Origin: the human T2T-CHM13v2.0 reference genome, Homo sapiens
Assembly: GCF_009914755.1 (NCBI RefSeq)
Contig: NC_060935.1
Direction: 5' to 3' (one strand)
Length of the DNA stretch: 64,000 nt
Both the position numbers and the translations under genes were made by a program. This document shows, one piece after another, positions 43,380 to 59,055 of the stretch (positions are counted from its first letter, which is position 1; every line of letters begins with the position of its first letter). The notes under the pieces are model-generated. The model had not been told where the DNA came from, searched no databases, and saw only the letters and a list, made by a program, of their open reading frames with translations.

Positions 43380-44789
43380 GCGGGGAACCCATCCTTACAG
43401 TCAAAGGACCCTGTGAGCAATCAAGCACCACCAATGATCTAGTGGCTTAGACCATTGTATTTGCTATGTTTATACTTTTTTCTCTTATAGCAGTCAAGCT
43501 CATTCTGTCTTTGCCAGTCAAGTTTCTCTGCTTGTGTTTTTTTCCATCCTGGGATATATGCATAACATTGAAATCAGGGAGCTCATTTTAGCTGCAGCAA
43601 CTTCTATCAACTCCTCTGTACTACATAGAACAGCCACCAAAGTGTTTCTCAAAGATGCTCCTACTTCACTTACCAGTATCTGTCTTAAGGTTTAAATTAA
43701 AAGAGATTTTTCTGGGCAGTCCCTGGTGACCTAGGGAGTATGGGAATGCATGTGATTCTCCCCAAATTAAAAATCCTTCATCTACATTATGCCAAAACTT
43801 TTCTTGGTATCTCAGTTTTGTTTAGAGGTCAGCACTGAACACAGTTGTCCATTGATTAGTTACACAAACTATCATATCTCATACCAACAGGCACACAAAA
43901 ATGAGGATCTGTGGCAAGTTCATCCATATTGATAAATTCAGTCCAATCTAAAGTTACTTTTCTTCCAATTTTGTGAGGACCCTCTAAATTCATTCACACA
44001 CACATTCCAAAGACTTCTGCAGATATAAATTAATAAGTTCTGCAATTCTTTTGGGATTAACGTCCTCTATTTCTTGATTTGATTTATTACTTTTTCCTTG
44101 GAGTAGGATGGAATCTAATCTAATTACAGGTTTGGAGAAAAGAAGGGATTGAAATAGTGTAGAGAGTGTAGATCAAAAGGGAAACTGGCTTAATGTTGTA
44201 GGGTAACTCCTTCAGACATGGGCAAGGGAAGGTCAGTGAAATGTAAGGGTTCTAGATACCAAGATATCTCCAGATGTTGCCATTTATATCTAATCCAATG
44301 TTTCAGTGTTCTCTTATTTCCCGAACAGGGGCCCAACTGAAAAGACATCACAAGTTGATTTATTCAACAGATGTTGTAATTTGACAATCTGCAGGGAAAA
44401 AAAAAACCTCTGGTAAATTTGGTTTTCAGTTATCTCAATCCTAAAGACATGACTGAAAAGATTCTTTCATACTGTCCATAGAAAATCTGAGAATTTAAAA
44501 ATTTTAGTGAATCATTTCTTAAAAATGTTATTCAATGCTAAATAGCTTCCTTACCCTGTAGACCTTGAATTGGCAGAAAAACAATCTCCCAAGCTTTGCC
44601 CTTAATGGGTACTTTATTCCAAATGACCGAAAGTAATAATTTGATTAACTGTGTGCTACCAAACATGTGCCACTATGTGCCATGAACTAGAATTCTATCT
44701 TGGAATAATAACAGAACATTCATTGCGTGTTGCCTTCCCTAAGCTAGACAACCATCTCAGATTTCTCATATTTTATTGGAGCTCTGTTA

Positions 44790-45022
44790 AACACAATGTG
44801 CTTATTAAATGCCAGGCACTGTTCTGAGCAATTTTAATACATATACTCTTTAAGCATTAAAACAATCCAATGAGAATGGCACTATTTTATCCACACTTAC
44901 AGTTGAGGAATTGATACATACAGAAGCTAGTTCACACAGCTGTAAGTGGCAAAGCTGGAGATTCAAATCCAGGCAGCCTGTCTCCTGAGCCCATGTTTAT
45001 AACCAGTGTGCTATGCTGCCTC
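44790..45022 (-). mobile_element. MIR SINE
   Basis: 'atgccaggcactgttctgagc...ttacagttgaggaattga...agctggagattcaaatccaggcagcctgtctcc'. Confidence 0.8.
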
Positions 45023-47360
45023 TGAATTTGAAAGTAAATTTCAGTCAGTTGGAATGTTTTTGTCTGTAAGTAACAGAAACTATTTTTTTTTGTTACCTAA
45101 ACAAAATGATGTTTTATTACAAGGCTGTCAGAATTGACAGAAGCAGGCTACAAGACCAGTCTTGGCTAACAAACAGGAACTAAAGTCCCTACAGTGGGCC
45201 AAGGAGAAAGAAATACATTCAACATTTTGCAGGGAGACAGTCTGGCCAGGACATTGCTCTCATCACAACTGCTGCCATCACTGCTAACTTCATGATGGAA
45301 TTCTGACCACTTCATCAAATGTCAAAGTCCAGGGTAGGAGCCTCTGATTTGCTGATCCTATTTACCTGCCTGTGCTGTGGCTGCCAAGACACAGAGAAAA
45401 AGAAGGTTGGGCGTTTGGGGCTTCCTTAGTGGCAGGGAGGTGAAGCCAGCTTCACAATGAGATGAAATACATGAGGGAATCTCACAAAATAACAAGTTGC
45501 TTGACAGACATCAAAATGATAACTATCCACTACAACTTGTAAGGATCTAAAAGAATTGTGACCCTACAATCTCATTTGTGCCCAAATATGCAAGAAGCAA
45601 ATAACGTATATTGCTCAGTCTTTCCACCCTCCACATCTCTCCCAGCTCCACTGCATAGCTGGATTTACTTTAGTAAAGAGAGGTAAACCAGCTACCCCCA
45701 CCTCATCCCTGACATACTGCAGGCTTGATGTAAATTCTAGGTTCTATCCATTTGTTGAGGCTGTTTTTCCAATAACTTTGCAAATCCAGGACACACCCTA
45801 GACTATTTTAAGCTTAGAGCTATTTCTCAGAACTCTTTGTGGTATTGGTTACCCACAGTCCGAGCAGTCCTAACCCAGTCCCAAAACCACTGAACTCAGC
45901 CCATCTGGCTTTTAGATAAAATCTGATGCTTTAGCACTAGTAACTGCCTCTTAAGAAGCTCTGGGCTGTCCAACATGTCAAAACAGGCCAACTGCCCAGA
46001 TTTCTTGCACTCTCTTCCCCTCACCCCAATCAACCTGGAAGTACTATATAAGGAAACATCAAGCCATAGAATCAAATTAGGCTGAAGGCAGATAAAATAG
46101 AAAATTAACTGAGAAGGTTCTGCTCATGTTTTTTTCCCATGATTGCCTTGAACAACTCTTGTCAAACATCTGTGGCCACTCACAGCTCTGGTCCATTTGT
46201 CCTTAGAAGTAAAATCAGGGGAGCACAGAAACTGTGCCTGTGAGGAAGTGATATAAACAAATGTGTGAGGCGAGTGTGATAACTGCTACACTACAGAAAT
46301 GATAGAACTTTGGGCATTTGCTTTCTCATCCTTTTTATTCTTGTATCTTCCGAATGTTGCCTATGTCTGTGAGCAATAGGCAAAGCCCTGCACTGATCAG
46401 CTCTTTGTGCAGTGAGAAGTTATCGACTGTGTTTTCTAATGCCCAGGCTCTTTATCTGGAGGGTCCATCCACCACTCTATCTCATGAATTCAATGGGATT
46501 ATCACAGAATGGGGTCTGACCTTCCCATGAAATACAGACTGACAGAGCAACTGAAATACCCATAGGGTCTAAAGACCTCCTGGTGAGAGTATTTCAACTT
46601 GAATATAAAACAGAGTAAATCATGAGTAGGGAGAAAGAAAAGGCAGCTTCACTTAAGAGAACATCCCCGCCATCTCCAGAGCAGGGCCCTCCTTATCCAG
46701 AAAGACCCCCATTTCCAGCACACCTGCTTGCCTACCCTTTACCAAAATGCCCCACAAGGAACTCTGCCAATCAACATCTACAGTCTTTGTAGTGCCCAAC
46801 TGCAGATATGAGGATGAGGCTGATGAAACCTACACCAGCTTACTAAACCAATGGACACAGTTCCTCATTTATAAATATTAATAGACAATCACTAGATACA
46901 TGAGTAAAACTTTTGATAGGAAATGAAGGTGCAAGGTGAACAAGCAGAACTGACCATAGATGAAATGGAGATGATAAAGGAAGCAGAATAGAACTTTATA
47001 CACATTTGAGAGGCCACTGCAAACATAAAAAGATGCAATCAAAAAACAGAGAGGAGACTAAAAAATTATATTTTTATTGTTAACTTTAAAAAATCAACTA
47101 ACCAACTAATAATAAAATGAACATAGCTGAAGACAAAATTGGGTACCTGAAAAGTGAAAATCAAGAAAACCAATTATAATGTAGAAGAGCAAAAAGTGAA
47201 GCATGAAAAATCTGATCGAAAAGTCTAAGAGATGTGGTGAATAGGGATCTAAGGTCTGAATAAGAGAATTTCCAGAAGGCACAGAGCAAATGGGGGAGAA
47301 AGCATAATCAAAGAATAATGGAAGAATAGTTTCCAGAGCTGAAGAAAGACATACACTGCA

Positions 47361-47747
<387 letters not shown>

Positions 47748-48494
47748 TTATTCTTATTTTCTGTTCCCTTAATTATCTCTGTTTCTTCTGAGTTCAGTTC
47801 TGTTTACTCCCTAAATGTGAACAGAAAAGATTTTAAAAGGTCCACACCTGGATTTATAGTTCCAGTCTTGATGAAGTAGCTGGTATTTGGTTTGCACTCC
47901 TTTCATAAACAACTATAAAAATGGACAAAAATATATAAAACCTTTTGTTTGTAGGTATTGGAGAAAAAAGCAGAGCAGAGATACAATCCAGGGAAGAGGA
48001 AATGCATGTGAGGAGAACCCTGTATTTATACTCACTTTCTCCCTGAAGATGTTTTCCAAACTGAGGTACAGAAGCCCAAGCAGTAGTCTATTAGGAAGAA
48101 GGTAGTTTATTAGGTAGAAGCTACCTGAATAGGCTACCTATTAAAAGGTGGTCTATCATTCCTAAATTTCCTCTTTTAGAAGGTAGGTTATTCAAGAAGA
48201 AAAGACGTGGATCAGAGTTTAGGACTGCCAGGAGAGCTGGCAATTAAATTATTGGGTCACAGGTAAGGAGAGAGCTGCAGAGGTGTCCCAATAATCTTTT
48301 AAAAATTCACTTTGTTTCTTGGGCAATCTCTAAATTATTCATGCATGGGGAGAGACTCTGAAAGAAAAGCTGCTGGCAGGTTAGATGGTGGACACTGAAA
48401 TTCTGACATAATAAGAATGGAGGTATCTTAGCTAACCCCATAGACTTTCAGTCAAGGCCTAAAAAAGACTATGTCCTGGTAATCAGGATTTTTT

Positions 48495-49680
48495 TTTTTT
48501 AACTTTCATATCAATTTTGTTGAGGTATAATTTACTTGCAAAAAGAAATGTTAGCAACTTATTTTTAATTGTAGAGATTTATGAGTTTTAACGAATGTTT
48601 ACATCCATATGATCACCACTCTAAGAGAGAAGTAGATAATTTCTACTGTTCCCAAATTTCCATTTTTGTAGGACTCTTTGTAGACAATGACCCCTACTGT
48701 TTCTCTGGCCCTAGGAAACCACTAATCTGCTTTTCCTCAGTAGATAAGTTTTGCCTGTTACGTTGTATCCTTTTGTCTGGCTTCTTTTGCTCAGCATAAT
48801 GTTTTTGAGATCCTCTGTTATTGGGTATATCAGAAGTTTGTTTCTTTTTATTGCTGAGTAGTATTTCATTGTATAAATATGCTACAATAATTCACCATAG
48901 GTTGCTTTAAGTTTTTGCTATTATGAATAAAGTATGTATAAACATTCATGAACAAGCCTTTTGTGGGTATGTTTTCATTTATTTTAGATAAATACTTAGC
49001 AGTGGAATTTCTTGGTGATGGGGTAGGCATATATTTAACTAAACAAGAAACTACCAGACTATTGAAGTGGTTGTACCATTTTACACTCCCACTAGAAATA
49101 GTGAGAATTCGAATTGTTCCACATCCTTGCAACTCTTAGTATTGTCATACTTTTACATTTGAGATGCTCTAATGGATGTATAATATTATCTTATTAACTT
49201 TTTAATTTGCATTTTTCTGATGACTAATTATATTGAATATCTTTTCAAGCATTACTGACCATTGTATTTCTTCCTTTATGAAGGTCTGTTTGAACATTTT
49301 GCCCATGTTTTAAAATTGAGCCATTTTGTTCTTATTATCATGTTATGAGTTTTTTAATATACTCTGGATACAAGCCTCTTCACAGATATTTATTGTGAAT
49401 TGCAGTATTGCAAATATCATCTCCCAATCTGTGGCTTATCTTTTTCTTAATAGAGTCTTCTGTAGAACAGTTTTAAATTTTGATGGAGTCATATTTATAT
49501 ATATTTTTCTTTTATAATTTGTGCTTTTATAATCTATTTTAAGTAAATATTTATGTTGTGAGATAAGAGCTGAGATTTATTTTTATCCAAACAGATATCC
49601 AGTTGTTCCAGCATCATTTGTTGAAAAATTTTAATTTCCTCATTGTATTATCATGTTGGAAATCAATTCAATATATATAT
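48495..49680 (-). mobile_element. Old L1M 3' end / ORF2 C-terminal relic
   Basis: 'ttgttgaggtataatttac', 'ttttgctcagcataatgtttttgagatc', 'gtggttgtaccattttacactcccact'. Confidence 0.85.
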
Positions 49681-51240
49681 TTCAGTGAGTCTTTTCAGAT
49701 ATTTTATTTTTTATATGTTAAAGTTCAGTTTGGTTCTATTTTATAGTTTCAATTAATTTCCTAACTATGATTGTTTCCTTTAAATTCCTAAGGGTTATTT
49801 TTTAAATTATTTGCTAGTTCCATCATTTTTATTATTTTTGATTCTGTCAACTGATTTCTCTGTTGACTGTGGGTTGCATTATCCTGCTTCTTGGTATTAA
49901 ATTTCTCTTAATTATGGGATGCATTATTTCCTTCTTGGTATTTAATTTTGATTGGATGTTAGACATTGTGATTGTTATGCTGTTGAATATCTGGACTTTG
50001 TTATTGTCTTAAGGAGTATCAATCAATTTTTCTTGGGGGTGGGGGCAGCTAAATTAGTTGTTGATCAGCTTGATCCTTTTGAGGTTTTTTAAAGAGATTT
50101 ATATGTACAAGCTTTAATCTGTGGTTATCTTTAGTCTACCTATTAGCAAAACATGACTCTTTGGGGGACTCTACTTAATATTCTGGGTGTTTAAAAAGGT
50201 CTCCCCACTCTTACTGGTGATAATTTGAATGTCTTCAATCCCTGTAGGCTTTCTGGAAGTTTTTTAGCTTTCAGAAACCTAGAACTCATAATTCCCCAGC
50301 CTCACAGAATTTCGTTTAATGTACATACAGTTAGTGTTCAGCTAAGAAAGAATACCCCTCTGCAGATTTTTGAAGCTCTCCTTCTTCATAGCTCTCTCCT
50401 CTCCAGTACTGTGCCCTGGACATTCCTGCCATGTTGGCTTCCCAAAAATCCTATCTATGTCTTCTTGAATCAGTAAAGCCACCTTTATTTACTTGCGTGT
50501 TTTTTAGTTTGTTTGTTTTTTGTTTGTTTGTTTGTTTTGCAAAAGTCTGGAAGTCATCTCCTGGCACAAGAGTGGTTTTAAAAGGGGGTAAGAGACATGT
50601 GGAATATAATCTAAAGATGTGTAATACATATGTATTTGATATGCCAGAAGTGAGGACATAATGGAATAGAAGCAATATTTAAAGAAATAACAAGTGATAA
50701 TTTTCCAAATCTGATGAGAGACATCAACCTCTATAAATTCAACAAATCAAGCAGAAGAAAAATATTAAAAATACCTACATCTAGGTGCATAATAGTAAAA
50801 ATGCTAAAAGTCAAAGGCAAGCAGAATATTTTAAAACATTTAGAGACAAAAGACATATTACCTACAAAGGAGCAACAATAAGACTGCTGATTTTTTAAAT
50901 ATATACTATAAAAGTCAGAAGATATTGAAATGACTTATTTGAAATGCTAAAACCGATAAATAGAACAGCCAACTTAGAATCATATACCCCATCCCAAATA
51001 TTCTTTAAAAATGTGAACAAAATAAAGATGTTTCAATTTAAAATATTGAAAGAATTCATTGTCAGCAGACCTATACTATAATAAATACTGAATGAAAATA
51101 AAAGGCTGAAGAAAGTGATCAGGTGGAAGCCCAAAACATTAGAAAGCAATAAAAAACAATATAAAGAAAATAATGAATAAATAAAAAGATTGACTTTTAG
51201 AAACAACAGTAATAAGGCTGTCAAATTTAAAACATATATA

Positions 51241-51561
<321 letters not shown>

Positions 51562-52767
51562 CTACAGGATATTAATAGCATAAAGGGAGTGAGATGGAAT
51601 CCATGGAGTTAAATGGTTGTAGGTTTATTGCAATATTTGAAAAGTGGTATAAGTATTAATTTAAATATACCATAATAAATGAAAGATGAATATTGCAATC
51701 TTTGGTATTTAAAATTATATGAAATATTTTTTTAAATCTCCATATAAATGAAAAATAGAAGATACAACTAAGAAAGGCAAAAAAGGAGAATAATTGAAAT
51801 ATAAACTTGATTAATTTAAAAGGGAGCAAACTTAAAGTTGACTAGGTCAGTAATTATACTAAATATAAAACCTTTAAATAGTTATACTATAAATGCAAAT
51901 CATTAAATAGTGTAATTAAAAGACAAAGTTGTCATCATAGATAAATAAACCGCATATGTATGCTGTTTATAAATGATATTTTTCATTAAAGGCCACTAAA
52001 TATTGAAAATAAGAAGAAAAGAATATTGAAAATAAGAAGAAAAGAATATTCAAAATAAATACTCAAAGAAAGCTAGTATAACTATATTAATATGGCAAAG
52101 TAGACTTTAAGATAAGAGGAATTGTAAGATATAAAGAGGTACATTTTATAATGACAAAAGGTTAATGTAATAAAATATTGCTTACTTTGTGTGCACTCAA
52201 GAATATAGTTTCAAAAAATATAAAGACAAAATTGAGAGGTAGATGAATAGACAGCCAGGGTTGGAGATTTTAACACATCTTTCTTAGTAACCCATTTAAA
52301 AAGTAAACAGAAAATTAGTAAGGATATAGAAGATTTTGTTAACACGATTTGCCAACATGGCCTAATTGACAATATTGACACTATTTTTTGCAACTGGAGA
52401 ATATATTTTAAAAAAATATAGACATGGAAAATTTAATAACATAAGTTACATTCTGAGTCAAATGCAAATCTCAAAAAATTCCAAAAGGTTGCTATCATAC
52501 AATGTATATCCTCTAACCACAGTAGAAATCAATAACAAAAAGATAACTATAAAAATTCCAAATGCTCGAAAATGTTTAGGAGTAAAACACACACTCTTAA
52601 GAAACTCTCTTGGCTCAAAGAAGAATCACAAGGGAAATTAGATAATAATTTGAGCTGAATGGTAATAAATACATGACACATCAAATTTGTGGAATGCAGC
52701 TAAAGCAGTGCTTCAAGGAACAGTCATAGCTTTGAATGCATTTATTAGAAAAGCAGAATACTTAAAT

Positions 52768-52897
52768 CTCATTTATGCCTAGTGTTTCATTATTAGAACA
52801 CGAAGCATGTGAGAGTTATTTATATCCTACTGCTCAAGGTCATTGCCAAGGTCTGATTGCAAAAATTCAAAAAATTGCAACCTCAGGCATAAATGGG
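52768..52897. mobile_element. MER85 piggyBac-derived MITE
   Basis: TIRs c(t)catttatgcct ... aggcataaatggg followed by TTAA. The internal 'gttatttatatcctactgctcaaggtcattgccaaggtctgattgcaaaaattcaaaaaattgcaacctc' matches the recalled MER85 consensus. Confidence 0.88.
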
Positions 52898-53725
52898 TTA
52901 AAAAGCAATTATGTAAGTTTTCAATTCAATAATCAGAAAAAGAACATAAAATTAAACCTCAGGAAAATAAAAGAAAGAAAATTTATTTAAGAATAAGAAT
53001 CAATGAAGGAATACAGATATAAAAAGAGAAAATCAATAAAGCTAAAAAGTTGGCTGTTAAAAAATTAATGAAGTTAATAAACCAACAGTAAATATTAACA
53101 TGACAAAAAAGAAAGAAAACACAAATTACTATTATCAGAAATGAAAAAGGGAATGATATTATATTCCTAGAAATGTTAAAGAAGGTAATGAGGGGATATT
53201 GAAGATATTATTATGACAATATCATTTTCAATTTAAATAAAATGGATAAATTTCTTGAAAAATACAACTTATCAAAATACAACTAAGAAGAAATGAAACT
53301 CTTTATATTTCCATACTTATTAAAGTAATGAAATTAGTAACTGTGAGAATTTACACAAAGAAACTTTCAGGCCCACATGACTTCACTAGTGAATTTTATA
53401 ATATTTAAGAAAGAAATACCAATCTCACACAAGCTTTCCAGAGAATACAAAAAGAGGGACCACTTCCCAAGTCATTTACTTTTGTCCAAAAATCTGACAA
53501 AAAATTGCGAGAAAGAAAAATTTATTTCTAATGTATACAGAAACAACATCCAAGAAACTGCAAATAAACCCATTAATATGTAAAATGATAATATATCCTG
53601 ATTAAGTATAATTTATTCCAGGAATATAAAGGTGATTTAACGTTTGAAATTAATCAGTCTACATTACCTTATTTTAGAAAAAAAAATTATGATAATCTTG
53701 ATAGTTGCAGAAAAATATATATATA

Positions 53726-55083
<1,358 letters not shown>

Positions 55084-56325
55084 TCATGATAATAATTTCT
55101 AAAAAACCTCTCAATAAACTAGAAATAGAAGAGTGCTTCCTTAAACTATTAAAGAGTGCTTACAAGAACTCTACAGTTATCATCATACTTAAATGATAAA
55201 ATATTGAATGCTTTTCCCTGAGATAGGAAATAAGACAAGTATATTTAAGTTACCACTTTTATTTAACAGTGTAGTGGAGATCCTTTTTATTTCAATAAGG
55301 TGTGAAAGCAAGTAATATTGGAAAATAAGAAATACAATTGTCATTATTCAGTAATGACATGATTGGTAGAAAATTCCCAAGAATCTATTTTTAAAAATAT
55401 ATTAAATGTATTAGGTATAATACTTGAATTAAGCAAGTTTGCTAGATACAAGTTACATATACAAAACTCAATTAAATTTTCATACATTTGCAAAAATAGC
55501 AGAAAATTAAAAGAAAAACAATTTACAGTAATACCAGAAAAATAGCAAATACCTTGAAATTAATCCAGTGAAAGCTACACAAGATCTCTAAACTTAAAAT
55601 TACAAAGAGAAATTTAAGTGGGTCTACATAAATGAAAGTACATACCATGTTCATGGACTGGAAGACTCAATATTATTGACATCAGATCTGTCTAAACTGA
55701 GGTATAGATTCACTACAAATCCTCACTTTAATTTTTGTTTTTGGTAGAAATCAGCCAACCTATTTAAAATTTATGTGGCTATGCAAATGACCTAACATAT
55801 CCAATGTAATATTGAAAAAAGAGCAAGTTAAAGAACTTACACCACTAGATATTCATGCTTATTATAGATCTACAGTAATTAATGTCATATTTGAATATGG
55901 GTAAATAATAGACTAATGGTATAGAAGCCAGAGTCTAGAAACAGTCCTGTATAAGCCATATATATGGTCATTTGTTTTTTAACAAAGACTGTTGCAATTC
56001 ACAAAGAAAAGAGGATGGTGTTTTCAATAAATGGTGCTGAGTCAATTGCATATCTACATGGAAAAAAATAAACCTTGATCTCTAATTCACAATGTACATA
56101 AAAATTAATTTGTGATGAATTATAGACATAAATGTAAAAATAAAACAATCATAATATGGGGGAAGAAACTGAAGATATTCATGTCCTAGGTCATGACTTC
56201 TTAAACAGGTCTCTGGGTCAAAGAGTTCTTGAATAGGACACAAAAATATTAAATGTAAAAAGAGAAGATTAGTATGTTAGGGTTCATTACAATTAAGAAC
56301 TTTTCTTTGCCAAAAGACAACATCA

Positions 56326-56604
<279 letters not shown>

Positions 56605-58574
56605 GGAAAGGAAAGAGGCAAGCCACAAGCTGTAAGAAAAAGTTTGGAATACAACACCCAGCAAAAAACTAATATTCTGAATATATTAGGAACCCCAACA
56701 AATCAATTAGAAATAGACAATCTAAATTTCATAAGTGGGCAGAAGACATAAACCTCAAGCATTTCACAAAAAGATACACAAATGGTGAATAAGCACATGA
56801 CAAAGGATTGAGCATCATTAGTTATCAAAAACTGCAAACCAAACCACAAAAGTTATCACTATATATCCATCAGAATGGCTAAAATTAAAAAGAATATAAC
56901 ATTGCCAAGCATTAGCAAGGATGTAGAGTGTGTGAAATTATCTTATATTGTTGGCGGGTGAATAAGCACTATGGAAATATTTGGCAATACTTATCCTTTG
57001 TTTACCCTGTGATCTAGCAATTGCATCTCTAGGTCTACAGCCAACAAAAGTGAGTGCTTATGTTCACCAACACGTATGTATAAAAATGTTCACTGCAGTT
57101 TTACTCCTATTCCCAAACTGGAAGTAACCTAAACACCCAACAATAGGTGACTGGGTAAATAAACTGTGGTACATCTGTGCAATGGAATATTACGTAGCAA
57201 TGGACAAAAAGCTTACACACACAACACAGAAAAATCTTACTGACATAATGTTAAGTTAAAGCAGTAAGGCACAAAAGACTATGTACTTTTGATTACAGTT
57301 ACAAATAGTCAAAAATAATATATGTTGGTACAGGTCAAAAGAGTGGTCTTGCCTAGAGGTAAAATGACAGAAGGAAAGTTAAGGAAGCTTTCTACAGTAC
57401 TAGACATTTTCTACATTCTGATCTGGGTTGTGATTAAATGGGTTGGATTGTTGTGTAAGGCAAAAGAATCTTAAGGCACCCTTAAGATTTGAACATTTTA
57501 CCACATGTAAGGCATACTTCTTGTTTTAAAAGGGATGGAGGAAGGGAAGAAGCATACCTCAACATCTGATGACATTTTAGTTGTGGCTAAGTGAAAAAAC
57601 AAAAATTCCAGAACTATACAGAGAAAAGATAAGAGTACCTTAAAAAGAATTAGAAAGAGATTGGTATCAGCCTTCTTATTAGCAGCTCTGGATGTTAAAA
57701 TGCACTGGAGGCGTCTCTGAGGAGGAACTATCTGAATGTTTCAGAATATCTGAAATTCTAAGGGGAAACATTTTGAACCTAGAATTCTATAGCCAGGCAA
57801 ACTCATTCAATTGTTAGGACAGAATACAGCCTTTTAGACAGGCAAGATCATGCATGCTTAATAAAAATAATAGTCGACAGGCCAATCAGCAAAATAAAAA
57901 ATAACCAGGAAAGAGGACATCCTCTTGATGTCTTTCATCACATGATGAAAGAAAGGATGGGATTATTCTTAGAAGTGGAATAATTATGACTCAAAGAAGT
58001 GAAGTGGAAAGAAAGTAGCACAGGATGTCTTAGACTTTCATACTTGGTTATATTACCTGTTCTATGGTCCTGATCACCCAACCTGGTTCCACTAAAATAT
58101 TATTTCCATAACCATAATATTGTAAATATGACCTACTGATTTCAATTTTAGAACCAACCTGTTTAATAAAAGAACACATGAAAAAGCAAAAACAACTGAA
58201 GTATGGTTACAGAGTGGAATGTAACTGTTGCTTACTTTGATAACATTAAAATAATAATATAATTAACAAAACATGGGAAGTGTAGGGAGAAGAAAAAGTA
58301 GAAGGAGTAAGGAGTGAGGAGTATTTTTCCCATCTTTCACAACATGGAGTCAATAAATGGTGTCTAATAAATCAAGAATGAGAAGTCTAAAAACATTATC
58401 TAGTCAGAAAAGCAGCCAGTAGAAAGCATAAAAATATGTAACAATAAAAGTTGAGGGGTGAAGTGGGGGAAAGGAGGTGGGTAGTTTAAGAGTGACAAAA
58501 TCCTAATCATTCATATTGGAGGGTGGTTAGTAGATCCTAGTAAGTGTGATAATTCAAAATAAAAAGTATATGCA

Positions 58575-59055
58575 CATTTATGCATCCCTTAACAAATGCA
58601 TTAGTAGGTAATTTTGTCATTTTGTGAACATCCTAGAAGTGTACTAACACAAACCTCTAGATAGTATAGCCTGCTACACTCCTAGGCTGTATGGGATAGC
58701 CTATTGCTTCTAGGCTACAAACCCATACAGCACGTTACTGTACTGAATGCTGTAGGCAATTATAACACAATGATAAGTATTTATGATTGAAACATATCTG
58801 CACATAGAGAAAGTACAGTAGGCCAAGCATTATGGCTCACACCTGTTAATCCCAGCACTTTGGGAGGCCAATGTGGGAGGATAGCTTAAGTTCGAGACCA
58901 GCCTGGGCAACATGGCAAAAACCCATCTCTATTAAAAAAAACAACAAAGCAAAACAAAAATAAAGACTACAGTGAAAACACGGTATTATAATTTTATGGG
59001 ACCACGGTTGTATATACAATCATTGACAGAAACATTGTTATGTAATACAAGACTA
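58575..59055. mobile_element. Tigger3a/MER7-type Tc1-mariner MITE split by an Alu monomer
   Basis: 'tgtgaacatcctagaagtgtactaacacaaacc...tagatagtatagcctgctacactcctaggct...ctaggctacaaacccatacagcacgttactgtactgaat...ttatgggaccac' matches the recalled Tigger3a consensus. Confidence 0.8.
58821..58962 (+). mobile_element. Alu left monomer (FLAM-like)
   Basis: Single arm with an A-rich tail and a degenerate TSD (aaagtacagta / aagactacagtg). Confidence 0.85.

Larger units (their letters stand above)
39750..44720 (-). mobile_element. Degenerate ERVL-class internal region (gag-pol relic)
   Basis: The minus-strand peptide 'LVSLLEQISTALNIEHRVVNLTNAF' (42040-42255) resembles ERV-L RT 'VVSLLEQINT..YAAIDLANAF'. 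Gag-like text lies near 43970-44060. Interrupted by a MIR and two MLT1 LTRs. Confidence 0.7.
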
